From Marsupella aquatica (Eukaryota; Plantae; Marchantiophyta): a stretch of 64,000 bases of DNA. The notes beneath the pieces were generated by a model that made no database searches, was not told where the DNA came from, and was given only the letters and a program-made list of their open reading frames with translations. Numbering within the stretch: position 1 is the stretch's first letter; every line of letters starts with the position of its first letter. The stretch is from the NCBI GenBank assembly GCA_973895155.1, contig OZ316894.1, positions 20,900,451 through 20,964,450 on the forward strand, given 5' to 3'. Made by a program: the position numbers and the translations under genes. Positions 27,814-40,599 of the stretch are shown here, in pieces.

Positions 27814-30800
27814 TGTGATGCCTAGACAGGAATCACTCGGCCAGTTAAGTGGGTAAAGCAGGAAGGCACCCTAGAAACACCTTAGTATAGGGACAAAACA
27901 AGGAAAATATAAACAATTAGGGGCGACCATGGAACCCGGGCCGAGGACGGAGGTAAGGACGCTGGGGGTGAAAACTCGATTAGGGTTAGGGCGCGTTAAG
28001 CGTTGGCGGCTAGGAAGGATCAACGGGAAGAAGGACCGGCATAGGAGAGGGGTAAAGAGTGCTTGCAGGAGATGGTGGCTCATTTGCGAGCATGAACTAG
28101 GCAGACGACTACGGGAGGCCAACTACTGTCAGCTGCTTAGGCAAGCACTCGGGGAGAGAGTAGATACCGACAATCGACCTAAGGAGGGTATGAGCAACGT
28201 CAATCAAGCGACACATTTTTGGGGATGCCTGTTCGAACGGGCAACTGAGTACATCAAGACTTACGAGGACAAGGAATCAGAAAGGGCAGCTCGAGAACGG
28301 CAGGAGCTCGCTCGATTGTGGGAGCTGCAGAAGATGGCTTTCTTAGGAGGCGAACTCATCAAAGACGAGTTCTTGTGGACTCCTACTTCCAATCAGCTCG
28401 ACGATCTTCTGTTTTGCAAAGACAGCGTCGTCGGCATCCGAGAGGCCATCAAGAACTGCAACGACATACACTGGGAATTGAAGGGTAGCACGGAAAGGTG
28501 GACCCAGGCAACAGTGCTAGGAGAAACCTCCACGGCAGCAGAGATGAAGAGGAAGGGAGCCGTCAACGATGAAGCCACCCCGGCAAAAAGAACGAGGTCG
28601 GCGGCACCAAAGAAGCCAGCCGAGCAGCAGAGCAGGAGGCAGGGAGAAGCCGAAGAGGAGGAGGTCGATCCCATCAAGGCCATTCCAACCAGGGATGACA
28701 CGTGGAAGGGCTGGGCGGCAACCCTACCGGTAGAGGTGCAACTACATTTTGCACGGGAGGAGGATGCCTGCTTTACGGCCATGCAGACCAAGAAGTACCA
28801 AGGCTTCATGGCCGGATCCGGCTTAGAGGCCTTTGTAAGATTACCATGGCTGAAGCCGGAGGTACCGGAGTCAGACCTATTAGAATTCGTGGGGTCATGG
28901 GAACCCAAGACCAATTGCACGAGGATATATGGGAAGGATTTCTATCTTACTCCCAAAGTGATTGCCGAAGTGTTTGGCTTGCCAATAGGCAATAAGACCA
29001 AAGTTGATACCAGGAAGACCTTGCCTGACAAGGAGTTCCGGTCGTTCCCCGGACCATCAACGAAGAATGGCTTCTTCCGGAACACCTGCACCAACCCGCA
29101 CATAGGAGAGATGATCGACTTCTTGCGGGTGACCATGCATTGTCACTTGCCGAGGGCGGAGATCGGCAAGGCACAGGTCTATCTGGCAGAGAGGCTAGAC
29201 CCAAGCCGGGACTACAACGGGTACCTTCTCAACCAATTGAAGAAGATCTTAAAGGAGGAGCAGCAGGTAATCGGCATGGGGAGCGTGTCGCGGCTTGGCT
29301 ATCACATGCCGCTGTTGTGCCGGTATGCCAGAGGTCAGACTTTTGCCCCAGTACTTCCCCTGTAGGTAAGGGCACCCGAGGAAGCTCCAGCGCCGAGGCC
29401 GTTAGCAGAGAAGCCTCAACCACCTGTTAGCCCTACGATCGAGCAGGTGTTTAGGCCCAGGAAGGAGGACTTGCCGATGCAGCAACCAGGCATGCAGAGT
29501 CTGCTGAAACTACTGGAGAAAGAAAAGAGATCGGCAATGACAACGGCAACGGCAACAATGCAGAACACTACTCCAGAGGTAGGCCTACACCGGCTCACAA
29601 GAGAAAACCCCTTTGCTGGAGACGAGGAGAGAATCAGGCCGGAATCCAAGCCAGGTGTTCGAATGTATGTGGGAGTCTCAAGCTCTGAATCTGAGGCAGA
29701 ATTGCCTGAAGCTCCTACCGACGAAGAGGAGAGGGAGAAGCCGGACGTCCAAGAAATAGAGGAGGCAGTGGAGGACTGCAGCCATGATAACTCCGGCTAT
29801 GGGTCGGACCATCACGTTCCAGGAGTAAGGATCATGGCCGGTTTGTCCCCACACTTCCAAGGGTAGTACGAGGGGACCCCAACCAGCAGAGTAGCCCTGA
29901 GTCTCCCCCACCAGATGTTGCTCCCCCGAGCTTTGACGGCATAAAACAGATGGCGCAAGAATTTCAGGAGCGAAGGCAGGAAGATGAGGTAGCCCTAGCT
30001 AGGGAGAAGGATTTTCCAGGAGGAGATTGGCCGGAGGACATCAGGCGGCTAGCCAAAAAAGGAAGCAAACCTCTAGCCACGATTGAAGAGATCCGCAAGA
30101 CGGCTTGGGAGCAGAGGCCGCGATGGGCGATGCCGATCACTTCTACTTACTCCACCTATGCTAAGAATAGAGCCATGGAGTATGGTGAGATGTGTGGGGA
30201 ACTTGCGCTCGGCATCTTTGGGAGGAGTTGGAGGAAATCACGAGGAAGATGGAGAACCTCCAGCGGCGGGCCGACAACCAAACAGAGCGGCTGAAGAAAC
30301 AAGCCGCAGTATTTAAGTGCTTGTCTTCATCAGGCCCAACTCCAATTGGGGCAACCAAGTTACCAGGAGTGGTACTGGCCGAAGAAAAAGCCGCGCCACC
30401 TGCACCAATGCCGGAAGTAAGTGGGAAGGGGAAGGGACCAGCTGCCGAACCAGAAAAGAAGAAGAAGCGGAAACCTTCAGGGTCAAGGAGTAATCCGACT
30501 CCACAAGCCGTGGTGACCAAGGAGGTAGATCCAGCACCATCCTCTGGCATGAATACGGCAATAGATCCCGCTATCATCACAGGTGGGGGTGGTGCGGCCC
30601 AAGCCGAACTACTCAGTAATGAGGCCGGTATCCCAGATCCGCCTCTTGAGCAGGCCGGGGAGACCATAGCCAAGGCTGAGGCCATAGCCGAGAATGATTC
30701 CCGAGCCGATGCCGACGCCGATGGTGGACCCAGTCAGGCCGATGGAGAGTTGACTCAGTCAAGGGCAGGTAATCTGTCAAAAAACGAACCTACGGCAGTG

Positions 30801-31768
30801 GCTGAGGAGGAAGCGTTGGGGGCGTCCATTGAGGATCCACCACCGGTGTCGTGACGGTGCAAGGGCGCCGTTCCTTTTAGGAAGGGCTGACGTGGAGGGA
30901 GGAGGCGTGAGTGGGCAGGGCGGGCGCTGATCTCCAAGTTTAGGATTAGGATCAGGACCAGGAGCGGCCCTGACACTTAGCTTAGTGGGATTGCGGTTCC
31001 ACTGGTAGGAGCAACACTTGTGCTCCTGCCTTGCTGTACATAGGTAGATCCGGGCAAGTAGATTACTGTTAGGTAGATTAGGCTTACGCTGCAAAGAATT
31101 AGGCGGATCCACTACCAGGATGAGTACCTGGGCAGCGGGGAGCTCAGGGCCTCTTCTTTAGCAAGTTTTTAGTTTGCACCAGCCGGGCTGGGATCAAGTA
31201 GTACGAGAAGCTCTCGGTTAGTCATACAGTGACCCTTGTGTATATTCATGTTTCCTCATGCCTAAGAGCTGAATAGAGTTGGCCTCACGGCTTAGTTCGC
31301 AGAGCTTGTGTATGAGATGTACTGTTTGTATGGCAAGTGCATGGTATGACTCAGTCAGAATGAGTCATTTTGCTATTTGTGTGTCGCATTAACTTGTGTG
31401 AAGAGTGCCCACATCAACCAGAAGGAAGGAAAGTAAGCAGGGGAGTGAGAGTTGGATGTGTCGAGCTGAGAGAGGTCTTAGCGGCTTAACCAAGCCTATT
31501 GGGGATCATTTCGGCGGCAGAATCCAAACATACCTAACAAGACGGAGGGGAAGACGAGGGAAGGCCTAGATTAGGCCGGCTACGTATCTCATGACCCGAT
31601 GAAGGATCTGTCCAGTATATGTGTGTAAAATGTTAATAGTAATAGTAGAAGGTTAGCAGCATCCCATGCCGCTAAGCCGCGGAAACGGCCTCGCCAAGCG
31701 TGAAACCTGCGGGAATCGGCTTGAGCTGGGGGGTTTCTTGGGTTTAGGGAGCCATGGGACGCACCACA
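27814..31768 (+). mobile_element. 3955-bp TG..CA insert (solo-LTR-like) carrying an accessory ORF
   Basis: TGTGATGC...GCACCACA termini; 5-bp TSD aaaat/gaaat; no internal direct repeat seen. Confidence 0.8.
27929..30854 (+). pseudogene. Retrotransposon accessory protein (plant mobile domain / putative plant transposon protein-like), broken into 478, 139, 114 and 220 aa pieces
   Basis: GLEAFVRLPW...LLEFVGSW...IYGKDFYLTPKVIAEVFGLPIG, followed by coiled-coil and SGKGKGPA low-complexity tracts. Confidence 0.55.
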
Positions 31769-32136
31769 GAAATATCAGCAGGTAGTGCATGCTGATAACC
31801 ACGAACAGCATCCACTGGCAGCAACTGTGGATATCTATCCACCAACATAGCCACATGTCGCAATGAGACCCTCCGTGCTGTCTCATCTGTCTCCATATAC
31901 AAATAACGACGCACAGGAATTCTTGCCTGAAGAACAGCAGCCAATCCAGTGCTAATCCCACCAAAAAGATCCAACAAACAAATACCCTCCGGTGGATATT
32001 GCCAAACAATAGGAGTGGTATCCAATGGTGAAAGAGTCACAGGTCCATCTGCAAGAGACTGCTCTGCTCCTGACTGTGGTGTAAAAGCATGACGCCATGC
32101 ATCATGTACCAATCGTGCTGCTGCCTGTGGCAAGGC

Positions 32137-33129
32137 CTATGCAGTGCCCCACACTGGTGGCACAACACTGCCAACAGGTAATCCTCGCATGATGTGCTCC
32201 TCATGAGACTCCTCCAATGGTGGAACATCGGCTGCATGCACATTACCCTCAATCAAATCATCAGGTCCAGCAATTACACCACTGAATGCTGCCAAAGACA
32301 ATGGTGTGGATTTAGGGCCTCCCACAGGTCCACTAAATCTCACTGGCAATTTGCTCAATCGAGCATCTCCTGACTGCCAATCAGGTCTATATGACATTGA
32401 TTCCTCCCAAAAATCAAGAATAAATCCCATGGGGTAGAGCACTGTACATCCCACCAACACATCATATGACTCTGCCTTAGTCAGAATAGCTCGCGCCTGT
32501 ATCTGTGAGCTATCTGTGGTATGACCTTCCTGAATCCTCAAATCAAGTGGTCTCCTGGTGATATGTTGTGTAGGTGTAGGTCCCCCCAATGAAGTCTGAA
32601 TGGGAAAGGGACAATCCTCCAAATCCTCTGGACGCAATCCCAATCCACGTAGGGCAGACTTCCCCAACATCAAGGGCTGAGCACCAGTATCTAGTAACAC
32701 TCTCTCTGGCTGGTATACTGCTCCAAAAGGCCCAACTAATCGGAAGATACCACTCCGATTATCCAATGATACAACACTAGGTTTAAACCTAGTCCTCTCA
32801 AATGCAGGGCGTGCTGGTAAATCCACCAACCTTGCTGCTGTTGCATGCCATGTCTCACTAATAGCAGTAGGTGGTATGGTCTTCACTGCTTCAACACTGC
32901 AAGCTGCTTCTGCATGGGAAGCAACAACTGGAGTGTCCTCATAGAGTGTAGCTGCCAATCTGAACACTTGTGCAGGACCAACTCCCAAGTTCAGCATGTC
33001 TCTCGCTGAAAATAATGGGGCGCGTACCATGGCAGTAGTCGCCCCCAGCAAGGTACCTGTCATCCCTGCTGCATCACTACCTGATTCTGCCAACTTACCC
33101 ACATCAGGGTTTGTCTGAACCGGGTTCAT
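32137..33129 (-). pseudogene. Retroviral-type aspartic protease region
   Basis: RVLLDTGAQPLMLG ... YDVLVGCTVLY. Confidence 0.8.
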
Positions 33130-34529
33130 AGAGGCAGTCTGAACTGTCTCTTACAATGTAAAAGACTGAGGAAGCTTTGTCTGCCGACGTGCATCCCCCC
33201 TTTGTGGATCTAACTCCACTATTGCTCCTCGGGGCTCAAGAGCTTTGGCTGCCCCACGTGTCAAAGCTGCTGATGCATCAATATGTGCAGTGCCACACAT
33301 GAATCCCATGGTGGCAAGGTCTCCATCAGCTCCATAAGATGTGGAAGGACCATGGGATGTGGAAGGTCCATAGGATGTTGATGCCCCATCACCAGAAGTA
33401 GGTCTCACCTGGGAACTAGCCATGGCAGCTAGCTGTTGCTCCAATTGAGCAATCTTAGCATCCTTTGGATCTATGGTTACAGCAGGGGCAGCGTCACCTC
33501 CCTGTCTCCCTGCATGTGGTATGCCACGACCACGTCCACCGCCTCTACCTCCTCCTCCTTTTCCTTGATCATGTGTACGGGATCCTCCTCTCCGTAACTC
33601 AGGATGAAGTGAGAAACACCTATCCTTGGTGTGTCCAGGAGCTCCACAATGATCACACTATCGCTGATCAGGTGCTGCTGCTCCTCCTGATCCTCTGTGA
33701 TCTGGGCAATATCTCTGTGCATGATCCCCACCACAGGTCCAACATCCTGACTGCTGTCTAACATAAGAGGGCACAGGTCTCTGGCTGGTAGACTCTCGTG
33801 CAGTAGGCTTCTCCCTCTGGCTCTTTCGTGCAGTAGGCTGTGGTGTAGATGTAGATGTAGCCTTTGGTGCTTCCTTGGCAAATCCGGAAGTCACCACCTT
33901 CTCATTCACCATATTGAGCTCAATGCGCTCAGAAAGTGTAAAAACAACTGCTAATGTGGGATCTGCATCCCTAAGTAGAGTGACATCTCTTACTCTACGT
34001 TGCAATTCTCTGTCCAAAATTGCATACCAAAACTAGACTGCCTGAGCCTCTGTCACTCCCTTGGTGACAATGATCAATCTGCGCATACAAGTATATACCT
34101 TACGTAGACTCTCTCCAGTCTTGCGCTGGAACTCCTGAAGACCCTTCAACTTATCAGTTCTTACACCCTGATAGTTCTGCTTCAGTACCTCAAAGAATTC
34201 CACCACAGGGTTAAATGATGGCGCAACTTCAGTTCCTGTCACAATCACACGGGCAGGAGTAGCGGTGGATGCTGCTGGAGTGCTGCTGGTGGATGGTGTG
34301 CCACTCTGGCTAGTGCTGCTAGAAGAGGCAGCAGCTGTGGCAATGGGTTGGGCAGACGCACTAGTGCCATAGGTGATGGACACGTAATTAGGTGACCAAT
34401 GCTGCCTCCATGCCTCAATCTCAACCAAATGAGCCTTCCAAAACTCATGGTAGTCATCCATGGGTGGCCCCTCCAAATGCTGAAATAATCCCTTCCATGC
34501 CATGAAAGGGGTAAACAACGTGGCGTTAC

Positions 34530-36479
34530 AGTCGCGAATACAACTTTCACCTACTCGTAATTGCTCCGGCGTTGCCTAACTCCAGCGTTGAGCCCCTCTT
34601 AGATTTGCTACCATCATGGCCATTAGGGATGCGACTAACAAAGAGGAGGCTAGTAAGAGCAAGGACAAGACTTGAGAAAAGCGCGCTCCAATTAACTTTA
34701 TTGGGCCCATTGCCGATCACGGAAATATGAACTATTTTTCTGACGGATCACCATAGGGGCCCGAGAAACCCCACATGAGCCCGATCAGGGGGCCGCATAT
34801 TTCTCGACCAACGGACCCAGGGGCCAAAAGTTATGGCCGACTCAAGCCGCATGCTTGTAGTTTGGGCCCGTTGCCGATCATGGAAAAATGAACTATTTTT
34901 CAAACGGATCACCATAGGGGCCCAAGAAGCCCCACATGAGCCCAATCATGGGGCCGCATATTTCTCGGCCAACGGACCTAGGGGCCAAAAGTTATGGCCG
35001 ACTCAAGCCGCATGCTTGTAGTTTGGGCCCGTTGCCGATCATGGAAAATGAACTATTTTTCCAACGGATCACCATAGGGGCCTGAGAAGCCCTACATGAG
35101 CCCGATCATGGGGCCGCATATTTCTTGGCCAACGGACCCAAGGGCCAAAAGTTATTGTCGACTCAAACCGCATACTTGTAGTTTGGGCCCGTTGCCGATC
35201 ACGGAAAAATGAACTATTTTTCCAACGGATCACCATAGGGGCCTGAGAAGCCCCACATGAGCCCGATCATGGGGCCGCATATTTTTTGGCCAACGGACCT
35301 AGGGGCCAAAAGTTATGGCCGATTTAGACTCGATTAGAGTCGCCGCGCATCGATGGACCAAGAGGGGGTTGCCTGGACCAGGGGGGGTTGCCTGGACCAG
35401 AGCGGGGTTAGGGCCGTAACTTTTAGCCCCTTATGCCACAATTCGCGCTCGAGGCCAAGTTACGAAAGGTTTTCGATTATCTTCGTTTCGAGCTAAGTGG
35501 CGGGGCCCACGGACCCTCAGGTAGGGGGCCAAAGATAGGGGACCAAAGCTGGTCCGGGGGTGGCAGGTCCCTAGAAGCATATATGAGGGGAGTGGTCCTC
35601 TCAAGTTTGAGCTCGAGCTGATCGCGATCGACGAAGATACGTCGTTTCAAGTTTTGAAGCAAAAACAAACATAACTTGACGACCGGATCTCCGTTGGGGG
35701 AGTTTTTGGGCTCGTTGGAAAGCTAATGAAGAAAGCTACCTCATGGTGCTCTCTGATTGTACATTGGATGATTTTGGTTTTGAGGCTTGCAATGGGGGGA
35801 GTCCCTCTTGCCGATCCGAAGTCGAACAGTGACCAAACCGCATTTGGTTCCCACGGGGACCTGATGTTGGAGAGGTAGAACCAAGTAGACTCTGGGGGCT
35901 ACCATTGAGATCTGGTCCCGATGCATGGTGAGAGGTTGAGTGGAACCCGGTTTCGCAGAGAGGTGGCTAAGATCTAGAAACTGAATGGTCCCGGCGTGTT
36001 ACTACTAGTTTGTGACAAACTGAGTTTGGGCCATGGGCATGTCCTGGAGGCAGGACGGTCAGCCATTGACGGGTAGAAAGTGGGGAAGCTTGGGCGACAT
36101 CCGGTAGATAGACTATTCTGGACGAACAGTGATGTCGACCTTAGTTTCAGCTTATGGCAAGGCCATGCGGGCCTGGAAGGCTCTATCCGCTGACCTACTT
36201 ACTAACGACTGTTGAGCTTGAGGCAAGACAATGGTCTTGGGAGTTCCAAGATCAAGACAAGTTCTTACCGGTTGGTTGGTTGCTTGTGCAGATAGCAAAG
36301 ACCGTTGAGCGACGGTTGTGCTGACGAGGGCAAGTGCGGCTTCGTATGGGAGGGGTCGCTAACGACAAGGAGTATAGTCGGGGAGAAATTGCCCCAACAT
36401 TCCGTGTTAGTGCAAGGTTCGATTTGTTTCAAGGCTGAGAAACGAGTTTGGACGGGCACGTGGTGGGAGGGCCACCACT
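34530..36479. mobile_element. 1950-bp non-coding insert in gag (AGT..ACT ends with GTTAC TSD, or CAGT..ACTG ends with TTA TSD)
   Basis: gttac|agtcgcg...caccact|gttac; removal restores the gag frame. Confidence 0.85.
34700..35322. repeat. ~158-bp tandem repeat x4
   Basis: Unit ttgggcccgttgccgatca(c/t)ggaaaaatgaactatttt...ggggccaaaagttatggccga. Confidence 0.9.
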
Positions 36480-36864
36480 GTTACGCAATGTCTGCATATC
36501 GCACCACGTATCAAACTCCTGGATGAAGTCATCTAGATCAATTGTGCCAACTGCACCAGAGTATCGTCATGGGCCCTTTGTAGCCCCGTACATCTCGTCC
36601 ATATCCCACAACAAAGGTGCAACCACCTGATGATGAGGAGAACTGGTCACTGAGTCCTCATCAGAATCACTGTCTGAAGCTGCACTGCTGACTGCTACCA
36701 ATGCCACTGGCCGAAACTGTGCCCCACTCCGAGTGAAACCGGTCCGTCGTCCATTGGGTAATCCAGCAGCACCAGAAGAATCCGTGGTGACCAACCCTAA
36801 CCTAATCTATGTGCTAACCCTAAGGGCAATTTGTCCCTGTCAGCACCACAAGCACTCACCATGG

Positions 36865-39514
36865 TGTGTTGGGCATCACTCCAACATCACCAAGAGAGAA
36901 ATACACAGCACACTAGAATGTCCGGTTGTGTGGTATGGGTGTCCCTGCAATTTTTTCTGGAAACTTGTTTATTTTTAGCATATCACAAGATTTACTTACA
37001 CTTTAGACACCTTCCGGCCAACATTTACTTGTTCTGGACACTTATAGAAATATTTGACATCTCCGGCTTTCCTGACGATTCCTAGTGTACTTTGCCCGAC
37101 GCTGTGACCAGCGCCCGTTTCTTTTACTCAAGACGCTGCGGAAGCGTCCAACCTCCTCATGACGCTTTTGGCAGTGCCCGACCGCCACCAAGACTCTATG
37201 AGGATTTCGACCGACGCTGTGGAAAGCGTCAGCTTCAACACACGACGCTGTGAGCAGCGTCCACCCTAGTATTGACGCTGTGAGCAGTGTGAGCAGCGTC
37301 CGTTGGTTTTACTTAAGACGCTTCTAGCAGCGTCCAGATTCTCCCGACGCTTCTAGCAGCGTCCGCTCAACACTTAGTTTTTGAAGTAGATTACTAGTAA
37401 AGTAGTATTCTACCACCCTTGTTGAAGTACTTATGCTGTGCTTCTCCCTTGTTTAGTTTTAAGCTTGGAAAGGCACGACTGTTCTTACCTCCTCCATTTT
37501 AGGATTCCAGCACTTATAAGACAGAGTAGAATGCTCATTTGAAGTAGAGAGAAATAGAGTTAATACTGTATTCAGAATTGAGTCTTCTGAATAGTTTTCT
37601 CCTCCTTCCATTGTAACAAGGCATGCTGTGAGTGTTTTGTATGGAAGTAAAGCTATATTGATTGAAGTTAAGATTGAATTCAAGAGATTCCTGTGGTGAT
37701 TGAATTCAGTTGCAGATTTCTGAAACTCGTATTGAATTCACTGCTAGGCTTGCTTGCAGAGTCGGGATTCGCTAGCCAATTCAAGAATAGTTAATGATAA
37801 ATGAGAAGTAAATTCTGATTCTCAGAGTAGTTAGTACTGTTGCTTTGATTCTGGAATATGGTTTAGAGTTTGACTGAATTGCGTATCGCTGATGTCAAAC
37901 CATGTTGACGGCATTTTAAATCATATCATTCATTTGCAATCAGAAAGCTTCTGCTTCATCAGATTGAGAATTCCATTATCATTAACCTTTGTGTTTTGAA
38001 GAGTGAGATGGATGAATTATGAGATAGATTTCATGTCTATACTGAGCCCAAATCCTTTCTGAAGGAGTGGCAGTAGCAGCTTGTAGTCTCTAAATCCTTA
38101 CTCATTTCTTCTCTAATTCATAAATCAGAAGTTCAGTTACTTTGTTGTTTGTTTATTCGATTTTTTTTATTGAGAAGTGAAGTCAACATAGAGCTCAAGA
38201 CTCTAAATCACTCGGAGTGATAAAAGTTATACAATTCATTCTGAAATCTGTTCTTAAAGGGATCGAAACCCTGGTTTTAGGTGAGGAGAGTCACTTTTGA
38301 TACTTAGCACTATACGACAGGTTGCAAACCCGGATCACTCCTATGGAATCAAGCGCCCATACCGAACCAACATGGCGCATAAACAAGAAACAAGTATGGA
38401 GAGGATCCAATCAACAAGAATAGTCAAACATTAACTCTCCACACCAAGAGTGATCACACATTGATCAAACAAATATTCATAATGTTCAATGAAAGACCTT
38501 CGTAATAGGCTTCATGATGTCCCAATGTTATAGATGAAAAACCATGCAGAATTGGTTCAATCTGTGTATTTAGATGAACTCAAAGCTATCAAAAACCTCT
38601 AAAGAGCCTTTGATTTGGCCCGAAACAAGGCTCTAAGCAAACCGGAAAGTGTACAAAGCCCCCTGGCGTTTAAATCTAAACAACAAGTTGTGAAAACTTG
38701 TGTGTACACAAGGTGGGATGAGAACTTGCCAGTTAAGCGCTTGCGGCTGGGAATAGCCCTGGAATGGGTGATCTCTTCACGCTCGATCTCGTGCCTCCCC
38801 TCGCGCTCGCGACCTGGAATAGCCCCGGGATGGGTGACCTCGACCTCGCGCCTGCTTGCGCTCGTGACGGCTGACTTTGCGCTTGCGGTTGGGAGCACTT
38901 TCGGGATGGGTGACCTCACGCGTCGCCTTATGCGTGCACAGTTGTGTGTGTACACCAAACAGAAGTCGTCGGGCTCAGAAATGGCAACATTTGCCACTCG
39001 AAAGCAGCGATTTCCTTCACAAAAATGGCAACGTCGATGGCTCTCGACCTCTGCAAACCTGTCGCGCACGGTTCTGGGACATTTCGCAAGCGTCCCTTGA
39101 CAATAAAACGCTACGAGCACTCAAAATTCCAACAGATCCGTCTACAAAACAGCAGTGCGATACAAGCAGCAACCTTCGGCCATCTCTTTCCAGATCCAGA
39201 TCTGGACTCCGACTCAATCCAGATCTAGACCAGATCCAGATCCAACAACGTTCAAGCTTGGCCAGAACCAGATCGAATAGCAACAAAGTACTCAAACAAT
39301 AGAACCAACGATTCAAGAAACATGAATCCACGTCAAACACAAATCCAATTGATTCGAGCTACCACGAACCGTCACCGTCAACGACAAACTCAGACTGAGC
39401 TTCTATCCACACAACAGAGTTTGAAGCTCATGATCTTTCAATATAATCTCCATACAATTGGCACAACGATCCCGGTCAACAATACCCCATCGATCCCGCA
39501 CCGATCCGATCACA
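36865..39514. mobile_element. Possible older solo-LTR-like insert in the 5' region of the gypsy element
   Basis: TGTGTTGG...CCGATCACA ends with an imperfect duplication catgg/cacgt; non-coding interior. Confidence 0.35.
36929..38319. mobile_element. Solo LTR (1391 bp)
   Basis: ggttg|TGTGGTAT...ATACGACA|ggttg: 5-bp TSD and 7/8 terminal inverted match; internal gacgct..agcgtc repeats at 37098-37363. Confidence 0.85.
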
Positions 39515-40599
39515 CACGTATGTCAAGCCAACGCACCTTGCACTACTCAAGGAATCCACGTTACACAAGCGGAGCTCACAGCCACCATAGCCACTCAAGC
39601 TCCTCTCTCTCCAAGGCTCAACATTGAAAGATGACCTTTCAATGCCTCACAAGTGAGAAGTACCCTCTCACACAAACCTGACGGAACCTTATCGGCTCCA
39701 ATAGCACTCATACCAAATGTACATACTCTAATAGCACGATATACTACTACACTACTCAGAATGGTGTGACATACATTCATGCAAAGATATATTTATTAAT
39801 TGGATTCAGGCAGACCAGTATTGAGTGTATTCATTTAGATAACAGGCGATCAATGGGATTCATTCATAATTATAAGCAATCACAATATTCATGAAGTTTC
39901 CAATATTACTATTCAAATGTTAGCGCGCTGTGATTGTGAAACAATCATATGTCAGAAGTTTTCATATTGCAAAGAATTCAGTTTAGCATGATTCACAAAG
40001 CATCGGTCAGTTAAAATTATTAAATTGTACAAGCTACTGCTGGTTGTTGAGTCGATTGATATGATTCAATGTAATATAATAAGATGAGTCAATTGCACAG
40101 CCTGGAAGTTGTATGACATTGTTAATATGATCAGGTTATATTTGAGTTAGCTTGTATGATTCGGTCATATTTGAGTTTACAAACACAAACTGCATCAAAC
40201 TCAGCTTAATGATCTGTAGAATGATCTCAGGAAAAGTACCTGAATTCTGACAAATTGATCGATGTAATCGTCTGAGAGATAGAAATCAATTTCCACTTAA
40301 AGACCTTGCTGCGGCATTCTAGAAAGAACGTATAAGATTGAAATCCCAGATTGATGTATTAAAGATAGAAGCTAAGCGAATATCTCGAGGTAAACAGTTC
40401 TTCCACTGAAATTGCAATCAAGGCGGCAAGGAACTCACTATCTCGAGGTAAACAACCACTTCTAGAGATAGAATCATACGCTATTGGTAGAATGCTAAGA
40501 ATGAATTAAAGCATAAACCTGATCAATGAAAGAGCTGAAACAAACTTGATGATTGAAACGATCTGAGGCAGGCTGCCAAAAATGAGTTTGAGCTGCTAG

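Larger units (their letters stand above)
26887..32133 (-). pseudogene. DNMT3-like C5 cytosine methyltransferase domain within Pol, split by insertion 27814-31768
   Basis: Motif I LLDLFGGISTG (~31960); motif IV GPIDLVIVGWPC*GQSRAG; motif VI ILENV; motif VIII AHRPRLWWTNL; motif IX EREHAMGF; motif X LGQAMD. Removing the insert restores ADISLLGAD in frame. Confidence 0.9.
33151..36794 (-). pseudogene. Gag with CCHC zinc knuckle, split by insert 34530-36479
   Basis: MVTTDSS...DLDDFIQEFDTWCDMQTLRN|ATLFTPFMAWKGLFQHL...FQRKTGESLRKVY...CWTCGGDHAQRYC. Confidence 0.8.
25072..39771 (-). mobile_element. Ty3/gypsy retroelement encoding Gag-PR-DNMT3-like-RT-RNaseH; integrase lost; contains nested inserts
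   Basis: Termini TGTC...GACA flanked by a TACA duplication (25068-25071, 39772-39775); coding fragments listed separately. Boundaries are less certain than content. Confidence 0.75.

Noticed and set aside
34700-35322. CRISPR-like array
   Set aside because: Whole units repeat with no unique spacers, the context is eukaryotic and there are no cas genes; the same applies to 51269-52370.
36835-36865. tRNA primer-binding site candidates (TGGTGCTGAC, TGGTGAGTGC on the minus strand)
   Set aside because: Could not be matched to a tRNA 3' end or to an adjacent LTR by eye.
38599-39627. Overlapping 100-170 aa ORFs
   Set aside because: No recognisable motifs; they lie in LTR-like non-coding sequence.
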